Source of the DNA: Deltaproteobacteria bacterium
GTDB taxonomy: Bacteria; Myxococcota_A; Polyangia; Fen-1088
Assembly: GCA_033763315.1 (NCBI GenBank)
Contig: JANRKS010000032.1
Span: forward strand, 64,001-128,000
Direction: 5' to 3'
DNA length: 64,000 nt
This document shows positions 11,540 through 20,209 of this stretch, in pieces. The position numbers and the translations under genes are program-made. Numbering within the stretch: position 1 is the stretch's first letter; the number at the start of each line of letters is the position of its first letter. Under the pieces are notes generated by a model. The model was not told where the DNA came from, ran no database searches, and saw only the letters and a program-made list of their open reading frames with translations.

Positions 11540-12025
11540 ATGACGGTGCCGCCGCAACGCGTGCTGTTCCTGTGTACTGGCAACTATTACCGCAGCCGGT
11601 TTGCGGAGCACATCTTCAACCACCTGGCCACAGCCGCGCGGCTGCCCTTGGTGGCTGATTCGGCGGGTTTGGCGCCGCAGTGCTGGACCCGCAACCCCGG
11701 CGACTTGTCGCCCCACACGGTGGCCGCCTTGCGCGCGCGAAACATCGCTGCCCACCTTCGACCACCTCGGGACGTGGCGGCCGCTGATTTCGCGGCCTTT
11801 ACCCGCATCATCGCCATGAAAGAGGCGGAACACCGGCCAATGGTTGAACAAAGGTTCGGCGGGTTTGCGCAGCAAGTGCAGTATTGGGCGTTCGACGACA
11901 TCGAAGATCAACCCCCGGAGGTGGTGGTGCCCGCCATTGAGGCCCGCGTGCGTGCCCTGCTCGTGGAGTTGACGGGAAGTAACGTTGTTGCACCAGGTCG
12001 TGTGGCGCCTGAGGCGCCTCGGTAG
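11540..12025 (+). CDS. Low-molecular-weight protein-tyrosine phosphatase family protein
   Basis: LFLCTGNYYRS P-loop (CX5R) and DSAG. Confidence 0.88.
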   Translation: MTVPPQRVLFLCTGNYYRSRFAEHIFNHLATAARLPLVADSAGLAPQCWTRNPGDLSPHTVAALRARNIAAHLRPPRDVAAADFAAFTRIIAMKEAEHRPMVEQRFGGFAQQVQYWAFDDIEDQPPEVVVPAIEARVRALLVELTGSNVVAPGRVAPEAPR

Positions 12026-12042
12026 CCTTGCGAAACCAACAC

Positions 12043-12058
12043 TGCTAACCTTTGGCCC
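12043..12058 (+). promoter_or_regulatory. Extended -10 element (TGC-TAACCT) 7 nt upstream of the ccmE ATG; probable leaderless promoter
   Basis: TGnTAnnnT spacing with no Shine-Dalgarno in between. Confidence 0.5.
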
Positions 12059-12556
12059 ATGAGCCAGGCCCCCGCCCCCGCCGCTGCCCCTGTTTCTAAG
12101 ACGGCCGCGATCAAGATCGTGCTGACCGTGGTTGCCATCGTTGGTTTGGTGGGAGGGTTGCTCTACTCATCCACCAAAGAGCAAACCGCTTACTACAAGC
12201 ACGTCGACGAGGTGATGCAGGCGCCTGCGAAGTGGCAGGGCAAGAAGCTGCAGGTGCATGGCAACGTGGTGCCGGGAACCATCGAGAAGAAGCCAGGCAC
12301 GCTTGAGTATCGCTTCACCGTCGAAAGCCGCGCGCCGCGGTCTCCGCAGAAGCTCGTGGTGTTCTACCGGGGCATCGTGCCCGACACCTTCAAGTCAGAT
12401 TCCGAAGTGGTTGTGACGGGCATGCTCGACAACCAGCAACAACTCAAGGGCGACGACATTCAGGCCAAGTGTCCTTCGCGCTATGAGGGCAAAGAGGGCT
12501 CGAATCTGATGAAGGATTCGCCCACCGGCCGCGGCACGTATCCCAACGGCACGTAG
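12059..12556 (+). CDS. ccmE: Cytochrome c maturation heme chaperone CcmE (CxxxY variant)
   Basis: N-terminal TM anchor, YRGIVPDTFK and AKCPSRY. Confidence 0.92.
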   Translation: MSQAPAPAAAPVSKTAAIKIVLTVVAIVGLVGGLLYSSTKEQTAYYKHVDEVMQAPAKWQGKKLQVHGNVVPGTIEKKPGTLEYRFTVESRAPRSPQKLVVFYRGIVPDTFKSDSEVVVTGMLDNQQQLKGDDIQAKCPSRYEGKEGSNLMKDSPTGRGTYPNGT

Positions 12557-12598
12557 CGCTCTGCTGACCCCCTTGAAGCTGTGAGGCGAGCGCGACGG

Positions 12599-13192
12599 TT
12601 ATTTTGTGGGCGCGCCCGGAATGATCACGTCGGCCCACAAGATCGAAAGATCCAATTCGATCGCGTCGAATGGTTGTGCGCGCACGACGGCGTCGTCGCG
12701 AAACGCAGCACGCAAGATCCAGTTTCCATCGGCGCCAAGTTGCAGAACCTCCAGGGTGTGGTTGAGCGGTTCAACCAGCCAAGCCCACGGGACACCTTGC
12801 CGAGCGTAAATGGAGAGTTTGTCGGTGCGATCGAATTTTTCTGTCGAAGGGCTCAACACCTCCACGATCCAATCGGGCGCCAAAGTGAAATAGGTTTCAT
12901 CTGCCAGCAAAGACGGCATGCGTTCACGGCGCCAGCCGGCGAGGTCGGGCACCAACACGTCACGGCCGAAGTGAAGTTCTGGCTCGTAGAGGATGATCCA
13001 ACCGCCGGGCCCACCGCGTCCGCGCTTGAAGGGCGGGCCCAACTCTTCGCTTAAGGCCGTAGCTGCCGCTGCGTGAGGCTTCGCCGGGCGAGGCTGCAAA
13101 CGCAATTCGCCCGCGATGAGCTCGGCCACCATGTGGGCTGGCGCATTCAGCACGTCCTCATACGTCGCGAGTTTCTTGGCTGAATCAGCCAT
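12599..13192 (-). CDS. Uma2 family (PD-(D/E)xK) endonuclease
   Basis: ATYED...AELIAG, VPDLAGW, PDWIVEVLSPST and K...Y motifs. Confidence 0.93.
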   Translation of the reverse strand: MADSAKKLATYEDVLNAPAHMVAELIAGELRLQPRPAKPHAAAATALSEELGPPFKRGRGGPGGWIILYEPELHFGRDVLVPDLAGWRRERMPSLLADETYFTLAPDWIVEVLSPSTEKFDRTDKLSIYARQGVPWAWLVEPLNHTLEVLQLGADGNWILRAAFRDDAVVRAQPFDAIELDLSILWADVIIPGAPTK

Positions 13193-13270
13193 AGCAACCA
13201 CTTTAGCACGCTTGTTTGTCGCCTCTAAGCCGCCGACGCGCTCGCCCTGAGGCGAACGAACACCGCTTCG

Positions 13271-14869
13271 TCAGTCTTGCCGCAATCCATCAACCGCACG
13301 CAAGCGGCTGGCTTTAACGGCAGGATAAAGGGTCGCGAGCAAGCAAATCGCCAACGACAACGCGGGAACCAGCATCACTTCCACGGGCGAGATCTGCACG
13401 GGTAAGCGTTCGATCAAATAAACCTTGGGATCGAGGCCATAGCCGTAGTGGCTGACGATGCTGCACAAAGCGAGACCCAACGTGACGCCCAACCCCCCGC
13501 CGGCCAGCCCCACGATGGCGCCGGCGGCCAAGAAGATTCCCAAGATCGGCCGCGGGCGGGCGCCCATGGATCCCAAAATCGCAATCTCGCGCTCCTTCGT
13601 GCGCACGATCAGAAACAGCGACGCCAAGATGTTGAACGCGGCCACCACGATGATGATCAACAGCACGATCGAAATCACCACCTTTTGCATCGTCAACGCT
13701 GTGAACAAGTTCGCGTTTAAACTGCGCCAATCGATCACTTTGAAGGCCGGCCCCAATAGGTTCTCGGCGGTTTCCACGAGCCCCAGCGCTTTGATTGGAT
13801 CCGCAAATCGCAACTCAATACCGAAGATCGATTGCCGAGCGCCAGCCAAACGCTTGGCGTCTTCGATGTTCACGTAAGCCAACCGCGAATCGTATTCGTT
13901 GAAACCTAAGTGAAAGATGCCGACGACCTTGAACGGGTAAGAAGGCGGGGTCGCATCGCTTTTGGATGGGAACGGCACCAAGATCGCCACGCAGTCACCT
14001 ACCTTTGCGCGCAGCTTTTGAGCCAACTCCGTGCCTAACATAATGCGGCCGGCGTCTTCGGGCGGGCCCGGTTCGTCGCCCGGCAGCAATGGCTTGGGCT
14101 GACAGGTGGCGGGACGTCCGAGATCCGCGAACTTGCCCTTCTCGATTGTGGCGGCCAAATCAGAGCCTCCGTGGGTGAGGTCCAGTCCTTTGAGATTCGC
14201 GCCCACCTTGCCAATCATCACCTCGCCACCCGACAGCGAAAAGCGTTCGATTTTGAGCAGGCCCGGCAGCTTGCTCAACTTCTTCGTCATTTCTTCGGCT
14301 TCCTGATCCGCCTCTGCGACGTCCGGCTTGCCGTAACTTGTGGCGATGAGGTGGCCATTGACGGACAACACCTTCTTTTGAAACTCGCGCTCGAAGCCAC
14401 TGGTGACCGAAAGCACCACAACCAGCGACGCCACACCTAACGCCACGCCCAGGGTGGATACCGCGGTGAAGATCGAGAACACATTCAACAGCACCGTAAT
14501 GGCCAACGCCACAGCGGAAGCGAACAGCACAAATGCCCCCAACGTCTCAAGCGCCCGCCCGTGGTCGTGGCCTCCCAGGAAGGCGGCGAGCCCCAGCAGC
14601 ATGACGCCCGCACAGATGGCCAGCGCCACCCGCGCACCTTTCGATGGCTTGTTTCGCTGCAGGTAGCGCAGCGCCACCGTGCGTTCAAGGTCGAACCCGA
14701 ACAGGTACGCCACCAAGCCAAACACGGCCAATTCCGCCGCGAGCACGGCGAGCAACGTGCGCTGGTCGGGAAAGGCCTTCGCGGCCAGCACAAGCGCCAC
14801 GGTGGCGGCAATGGCCACGACGCGAGAAAGGTTTCTAAGCATTTGGGGGAATCGGGCCTGGGCGGGCAA
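13271..14869 (-). CDS. LolC/E-like (FtsX family) ABC transporter permease with extra N-terminal TM segments
   Basis: ALRYL, GVALGVASLVVVLSV..GFE, K.REIAILGSMGA and YPA..AS motifs. Start may be ATG at 14842. Confidence 0.88.
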   Translation of the reverse strand: MPAQARFPQMLRNLSRVVAIAATVALVLAAKAFPDQRTLLAVLAAELAVFGLVAYLFGFDLERTVALRYLQRNKPSKGARVALAICAGVMLLGLAAFLGGHDHGRALETLGAFVLFASAVALAITVLLNVFSIFTAVSTLGVALGVASLVVVLSVTSGFEREFQKKVLSVNGHLIATSYGKPDVAEADQEAEEMTKKLSKLPGLLKIERFSLSGGEVMIGKVGANLKGLDLTHGGSDLAATIEKGKFADLGRPATCQPKPLLPGDEPGPPEDAGRIMLGTELAQKLRAKVGDCVAILVPFPSKSDATPPSYPFKVVGIFHLGFNEYDSRLAYVNIEDAKRLAGARQSIFGIELRFADPIKALGLVETAENLLGPAFKVIDWRSLNANLFTALTMQKVVISIVLLIIIVVAAFNILASLFLIVRTKEREIAILGSMGARPRPILGIFLAAGAIVGLAGGGLGVTLGLALCSIVSHYGYGLDPKVYLIERLPVQISPVEVMLVPALSLAICLLATLYPAVKASRLRAVDGLRQD

Positions 14870-14991
14870 CGCTAGCGGGCGGCGTAGACGTTCGCCAGGT
14901 TAACACCAAACAAAGCCCGCAAGCCGTGCCCACGCGTTGGCATTCATCGGGTGCTTACGCCGTTCAAATCTCCGATTGAAGCTGGCGTTCC

Positions 14992-15021
14992 TTGACAGCA
15001 AGAAGGGTGGCCCCTTACCGT
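14992..15021 (+). promoter_or_regulatory. Sigma70-type promoter TTGACA-N18-TACCGT, 8 nt upstream of ATG 15030
   Basis: Perfect -35 at 14992-14997 and TAnnnT at 15016-15021. Confidence 0.6.
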
Positions 15022-15029
15022 GTTCTCGC

Positions 15030-16112
15030 ATGTCCTTGCCGCGCAGCCCAAGCCGAAGCCTGTACCCTGCGCTAGGGTTTTGTGTGGCGGCGGTTTTGAG
15101 CCCCTTTCTGGTGCGCTCGGCGGTCGCGGGAGATTTGGACGTCTCACTGCTAAACCTGTGCGGTCCCGGCGTGTCGCGTCCGTTGGCCGGTGGCGATCTG
15201 ACCGACTGCGGTTGGGTGCAGCGGGATGCCTCGGGCCGTGTGACGGGCGTGAAGTTGGACGAAGAGGCCACGAGCCGCTTTCGCAGTTTGATGTCGGAAC
15301 TGGGCGTTGTGATGGCACCGCAGGTGGTGACACCGGCCGACACCATTGGTTTTGCCGGCTTCCAAATTTCGGCCGAGTTAGGCATCACGCAGATCAACAA
15401 CAAAGCCACGTATTGGGATGGCGTGAAAGCCGTGGCGCCGCAGAATCGTTTGGCCGATCGGCCTCAGGCGTGGCTCAGCACTGTGGGCGTGTTCGTGCGT
15501 AAAGGCATTTGGCTTCCGCTGCCGTCGATGGAAGTGGGGGCCGGCGTTGTGCACTTGCTGCAGTCGCAAATGGTCGCCTACCAAGGCTACGCGAAGCTGG
15601 CCATTCATGAGGGGTTTTCCGATTGGCCGCTGCCCTCCCTCGCTGGCCGCGCCGCTTTGTCTCACGTGACCGGGTCTGAACAGGTGCGTCTCGACATCGC
15701 CAGCTTTGATGTGTTGATTTCAAAGGCGTTCGGCGTGGGCGGCACGTTTAGGGCCGAACCATTTGGCGGTTGGAGCTATCTGATGATTAAGGCGCGCAGC
15801 AACGTGATCGATCTGACGCCGGGCTGCGATGGTTTTCTCACAGCAGGTGGGGGCAACGGCGGCGCCTTTTGTGGCCCCACATCTCCGGACGCTGACCTTT
15901 CGGCGAACTTCGCGTTCCCCAACCAAGACACGATCACCCGGCGCCGGTTTTTCGGCGGCATGAAGTTGAAGTTCGCCGCCGTGTTCGTGGCCGGCCAATA
16001 CGAATACCTGCCGGCCGGGCGCTCACGCGACGAATCCGTTTCCAGCCTTGGAGCGCGTGACGGCAGCGACAAGCAGACGCGCGTTTCGTTAAGCGGCGGT
16101 TTCGACTTTTAG
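15030..16112 (+). CDS. Conserved hypothetical secreted protein, probable outer-membrane beta-barrel
   Basis: Signal peptide ending AVA, amphipathic beta strands, C-terminal ...SGGFDF (terminal Phe). Confidence 0.7.
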   Translation: MSLPRSPSRSLYPALGFCVAAVLSPFLVRSAVAGDLDVSLLNLCGPGVSRPLAGGDLTDCGWVQRDASGRVTGVKLDEEATSRFRSLMSELGVVMAPQVVTPADTIGFAGFQISAELGITQINNKATYWDGVKAVAPQNRLADRPQAWLSTVGVFVRKGIWLPLPSMEVGAGVVHLLQSQMVAYQGYAKLAIHEGFSDWPLPSLAGRAALSHVTGSEQVRLDIASFDVLISKAFGVGGTFRAEPFGGWSYLMIKARSNVIDLTPGCDGFLTAGGGNGGAFCGPTSPDADLSANFAFPNQDTITRRRFFGGMKLKFAAVFVAGQYEYLPAGRSRDESVSSLGARDGSDKQTRVSLSGGFDF

Positions 16113-16313
16113 CTGTTCTGATGAAACCTTGCCCGACAAAGAGGGCCAGGCTTCGAAAGAGAAATGGCACCGAAGCTACCCGTGCAGATCCACGATAGTG
16201 GCTCGTGCAAGGTCACCTGGTGCCAGACCGCAACGGCGGGCCTGCTTGGCGCGACAAGCGGGTGCACGGTCAAGCATTGCGGCAAGACACTGAGACGCCA
16301 CGCTTGATCGACG

Positions 16314-16565
16314 TCAAACCTGCAAACCAGTGCGGATGATCCGCCGCAAACCTTCGATCGGCAGCTTCGGGGAGCGTTTTTCCTCCTCGAAGATGATCTG
16401 AGCCAAGGTGGCGGTGGTGAGATCCTGTTGAGTGGTTTTGTCGGTCACCCGGATCTCGTCGCCGTTGCGAATCATCTGCGCAATCTGCTGCAGCGTCACG
16501 TAACGGCTATCAGTGGTGTCGTACAGTTTGCGGTTCGAGTAACGTTTGATCACGCGCGTGGCCAT
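16314..16565 (-). CDS. PhaR-type (PHB accumulation regulator) DNA-binding domain protein, stand-alone
   Basis: VIKRYSNRKLYDT..SRYVTL and DLT..TLAQII motifs. Only 83 aa. Confidence 0.9.
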   Translation of the reverse strand: MATRVIKRYSNRKLYDTTDSRYVTLQQIAQMIRNGDEIRVTDKTTQQDLTTATLAQIIFEEEKRSPKLPIEGLRRIIRTGLQV

Positions 16566-16590
16566 GGTTCTCAGTTTGACCCCCACGGTC

Positions 16591-16676
16591 CAACGCGTCA
16601 ACGTCTAATTCGCACCGCGTTGAAATCACTCAAGTTTTCGACCAACGCGTAAGAAAGTGACTTTTCGCGTTGTCAA
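16591..16676. promoter_or_regulatory. Two inverted repeats (CAACGCG-N18-CGCGTTG and CAACGCG-N16-CGCGTTG) plus a minus-strand TTGACA, upstream of the PhaR-like gene
   Basis: Half-sites at 16591-16597/16616-16622 and 16643-16649/16666-16672. TGTCAA at 16671-16676. Confidence 0.5.
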
Positions 16677-16754
16677 GTGTCTCGTCAAAACTGTCGATGC
16701 GCCCGCACAAAAAGCAGAGCTATCCGGCGCTGAATGTCATCCAAGAAACTGGAT

Positions 16755-16964
16755 TCATTCGACTTTTGAGCCGCCCTCCGGAGTTTGGCCGTCTTTCAAT
16801 TCCGGCTTCTTCGGCGTGACGTCGATTTCGTTGCCGGTGTTCACGGCGCGCTTGAAGTTCCGGATGGCCTTACCCAACCCGTCTCCCAGTTGAGGCAGTT
16901 TTGTGGCCCCGAATACGATGATTACGATGACGAGAATTACGAGCCATTCGGAGCCGCCGAGCAT
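16755..16964 (-). CDS. tatA: Twin-arginine translocase subunit TatA/E
   Basis: [44 protein letters not shown] upstream. Confidence 0.95.
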   Translation of the reverse strand: MLGGSEWLVILVIVIIVFGATKLPQLGDGLGKAIRNFKRAVNTGNEIDVTPKKPELKDGQTPEGGSKVE

Positions 16965-17116
16965 GGATTTCCTCCAGTGAACAGAAGCCCACTCTATACC
17001 ACCTGCGATTTCGCACAGCAAACAGGTGGGCGGCAATTCTCCCACAATCGGCAAGGCCGCGTGTTGTCAGGTTTTTTGGTGGGCGGTGGGGGTTTCGCCT
17101 ACCATTGATAGACACG

Positions 17117-19297
17117 ATGGCGCGCTTGGTGGCTTTCATAACGGCTCGGGTCTTGGTGGTCACGGTCGTGGCCACCTTGACGGCCCCCGCCGTGCTCGCG
17201 CAGGTGGCAGGGCCGGATGAACGCGAACGCAAGGCTGTGCGCGGTGGGCCCCTGGAAGAGTCGCTGCTGGTGGAAAGCCCCGAGCTGCGAGAGCTGCGCA
17301 GCTTCGAGAGCCGTACGTTTGGACGCACCGAGCGCGTTCCGTTCAAGGTCTATGAGCCCGAGCAAACCGAGGGGCCCGTGCCCCCCGCGGCCGAGGCTCT
17401 CAAGGGGCGATGGAGCGGCAGCGGCGATGTGCCAGCGGTTTTGCGTTCGCCCGCACATGATCGGGGCAGCGGCGCCCCGGAGGCTCCGGAGTCCAACACC
17501 GCGTGGCTGTCCAGCTTGACGTTGCCAGAGATCCCCGTGCGCTGGCACAGCAGCGTGCTCAAGTACCTGGACTTCTTTAAGACAGACGATCGCGGTCGCG
17601 CGATTATGACCAATTGGCTGCGCCGTTTGGGCAGATACAGGCCGCTGTTTGATCGGATCGCCGCGCGTGAAAATGTGCCGCGCGACTTGATCTTTTTGGC
17701 GATGGTCGAAAGTGGCTTTGAACCCGGCGCCGTGTCGCACGTGGGCGCGGGCGGTGTGTGGCAGTTCATGCCGGGCGCGGGCCGCGCTTATGGCTTGGAG
17801 GTGAGCTACTGGGTGGACAACCGGCGCGATCCCGAGCGCGCCGCAGAGGCGGCGGCGCGGTACCTCAAGGATCTGTACGCGCGGTTTGGCTCGTGGCCGT
17901 TGGCATTTGCGGCCTACAACGCCGGCTACGGAGCGGTGCTGCGCTCGATCACACGTTACAACACCAACGACTATTGGGAGCTGATTCGCCACGAAGCGGG
18001 GTTGCCCTGGGAAACCGCGCTGTATGTGCCAAAGATTTTGGCTTGCGCCGTGGTGGGCAACAACGTCAAAGCGTTTGGCTTTGAGAACGTACCCGAAGAT
18101 CCGCCGTTGCTTTACGACGTGGTGGAAGTGCCTGCCGCCACAAGCCTGGAACGGGTGGCAAAGGCAGCGGGCGTGGCCATTGAGACGGTTGAGTCGTTGA
18201 ACCCTGAGCTCATCCGTGGCCGCACGCCGCCCGACCGAGGCACCACGCTTGTGCGCGTACCTGAAGGTGGCGGCGAATTGTTCGCACGAAACTTTCACAG
18301 CACCAAAACGAAGGCTGACCAGCTAGAGACGGTGGTGCTGCGGTTCGGTGAATCGCTGGACGATCTGGCGAAGGCGCGTGGCGTTCCCGTGCGCGAGCTG
18401 CGTAAGATCAACGGACTCAAGGATTCCCGTGAGCTGGTGGGTGGCACACCCGTGTTGGTGCCCGTTGTGGAAAAGGTCGTCGCGAAGCAAGATCCCAAAC
18501 AAGATCTGTTGGCGGAGAAGATCAAAGAGGCATCGGCGCCCCCTGTTGTTGAACCGGTTTTGGTTGCGGTGCCCGAGCGCGAGTTCAGGTATGAGGGGCG
18601 CGAGCGCGTGTTTTATCAAACCAAATCCGTCGACACGCTCGAAGACATCGCGGCTGTGTTCGCTGTGTCACCGGACAACCTGACGGAGTGGAACAATCTG
18701 GATGCGGAAGCCAAGCTGCAAGAGGGCATGGTGTTGCAGTTGTTTGTGCCGAAGGATTTTGATCGCGGCTCCGTGGCGCTGCTGGATCCGGCGCGCCTGC
18801 AAGTCGTGACGTTGGGATCAGAAGAATTCTTGGCCTTGCGGGCCGCCCAAGGCGGCAAAACGCGTTTGCTTTATAAGGCAAAAGCGGGCGACACCTTGGC
18901 GAAGATCGCGCGCCGTTATGGGCTCAAGCCCAACGATTTGGCACGCATCAACCGCCTGTCCTACAACTCCAATTTGCAAGAGGGGCAAGACGTGGTGGTG
19001 TATTCGCCCACGCCAGAGATGCCGCGTGAATACGCCGTGGGCCGCACAGCGCCTGGTGCACGCCGGCCAGGAGACGAAGGGCATGTGCAGCTGGCCCCCA
19101 AGAAAGACAGCAAAACTGATAAAACGCCCAAGAAGGCGCAAGCCAAAAACGACGTGAAGGCCGACGGTAAAAGCAAAACGGCCAGCGGCAAAGACAAGAC
19201 TGCAAAGGCCAGCAAGACCACGGCGTCAAGCGGCGCAGCCACAGGCAAAAAGTCTGACGCCTCGAAGGCGGCGAGCAAAGCCACAAAGAAGAAGTGA
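17117..19297 (+). CDS. mltD: MltD-like lytic transglycosylase with LysM domains and Lys/Ala-rich tail
   Basis: AMVESGF, AGGVWQFMP, AAYNAG and ETALYVPK motifs, followed by LysM repeats (GDTLAKIARRYG). Confidence 0.9.
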   Translation: MARLVAFITARVLVVTVVATLTAPAVLAQVAGPDERERKAVRGGPLEESLLVESPELRELRSFESRTFGRTERVPFKVYEPEQTEGPVPPAAEALKGRWSGSGDVPAVLRSPAHDRGSGAPEAPESNTAWLSSLTLPEIPVRWHSSVLKYLDFFKTDDRGRAIMTNWLRRLGRYRPLFDRIAARENVPRDLIFLAMVESGFEPGAVSHVGAGGVWQFMPGAGRAYGLEVSYWVDNRRDPERAAEAAARYLKDLYARFGSWPLAFAAYNAGYGAVLRSITRYNTNDYWELIRHEAGLPWETALYVPKILACAVVGNNVKAFGFENVPEDPPLLYDVVEVPAATSLERVAKAAGVAIETVESLNPELIRGRTPPDRGTTLVRVPEGGGELFARNFHSTKTKADQLETVVLRFGESLDDLAKARGVPVRELRKINGLKDSRELVGGTPVLVPVVEKVVAKQDPKQDLLAEKIKEASAPPVVEPVLVAVPEREFRYEGRERVFYQTKSVDTLEDIAAVFAVSPDNLTEWNNLDAEAKLQEGMVLQLFVPKDFDRGSVALLDPARLQVVTLGSEEFLALRAAQGGKTRLLYKAKAGDTLAKIARRYGLKPNDLARINRLSYNSNLQEGQDVVVYSPTPEMPREYAVGRTAPGARRPGDEGHVQLAPKKDSKTDKTPKKAQAKNDVKADGKSKTASGKDKTAKASKTTASSGAATGKKSDASKAASKATKKK

Positions 19298-20202
19298 GTG
19301 TGATGCGTATTTCAGTGACGACGCCGGGGGCCCGCCTGGACGCTGTGGTGGCCAAAGCGTGTGGTGTGTCGCTGCGGCACGTGCGGCAGTGGCTCGAGCA
19401 AGGTTTGGTCAGCGTGAACCAAGGTGGTGTGGCCAAAGGGCGCCGCATGGTGGTGGGCGATGTGGTTGAGGTGAACGTGCCGGAGGCGGTGCAAGCGCTT
19501 GTGTTGGAGCCCCATCCAGAAGTGGTTTTGGATGTGATCTACGAGGACGAATTCTTGGTGGCGATCAACAAGCCAGGCCCGTTGCCGTCGCATCCGTTGC
19601 GCGCTGGTGAAGGCGCAACAGCGGCCGGCGCGTTGGTGGCGCGTTACCCTGAATGTGCGGCGGCGTCGATCGATCCGCGCGAAGGCGGCTTGGGCCACCG
19701 CTTGGATCAAGGCACGTCGGGCGTGTTGGTGGCTGCGCGATCACGGTCGGCATGGTTGGCCTTGCGGCAAGCTTTGAGCGCGATTGCCTGTGAAAAGGCG
19801 TACGTCGCCGAGGTGGCGGGGATCATGCCTGTGTCTGACGTGTGCTCCGAAGCGATCGGCCGCGGGGGGCCGCGCGGCGGTAAAGCTGTGGTGGGTGGCG
19901 GCAAGGATCCGTTGCCGGCGCGGACAGAATTTGAACGTCTGCAGACGCGTCCCTCGTCAAGTTTGGTGCGCGCGCGGTTGTCCTCGGGCCGCGTTCATCA
20001 AGTGCGCGCTCATGCGGCTTACTTGGGCTTTCCTGTACTCGGGGATGCGGTTTACGCGGATGAGCGTGCACGCCGAATCGCGGGTGAGTTGGGCGTGCAA
20101 GCGCTACGGTTGCACGCGGAGAGCGTACGTTTGCGCCACCCAATGACGGGCCAGCCGCTCAAGATCGTTGCGCCGTTGCCCGCGTGGGCAACCAGTTCAT
20201 AA
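19294..20202 (+). CDS. RluA/RluD family pseudouridine synthase with S4 domain
   Basis: RLD S4 start, NKP, HRLDQGTSG, GRxHQVRAH, GDAVY and LHA motifs. Confidence 0.93.
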   Translation: MSVMRISVTTPGARLDAVVAKACGVSLRHVRQWLEQGLVSVNQGGVAKGRRMVVGDVVEVNVPEAVQALVLEPHPEVVLDVIYEDEFLVAINKPGPLPSHPLRAGEGATAAGALVARYPECAAASIDPREGGLGHRLDQGTSGVLVAARSRSAWLALRQALSAIACEKAYVAEVAGIMPVSDVCSEAIGRGGPRGGKAVVGGGKDPLPARTEFERLQTRPSSSLVRARLSSGRVHQVRAHAAYLGFPVLGDAVYADERARRIAGELGVQALRLHAESVRLRHPMTGQPLKIVAPLPAWATSS

Positions 20203-20209
20203 ACACAGC

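Noticed and set aside
12599-13192. Uma2 nuclease as a defence system or mobile element
   Set aside because: Solitary, with no methyltransferase, terminal repeats or partner genes. The family is commonly multicopy in myxobacteria.
17099-18298. 399-aa minus-strand ORF
   Set aside because: Antisense shadow of the MltD-like gene, with no motifs. Expected in high-GC DNA.
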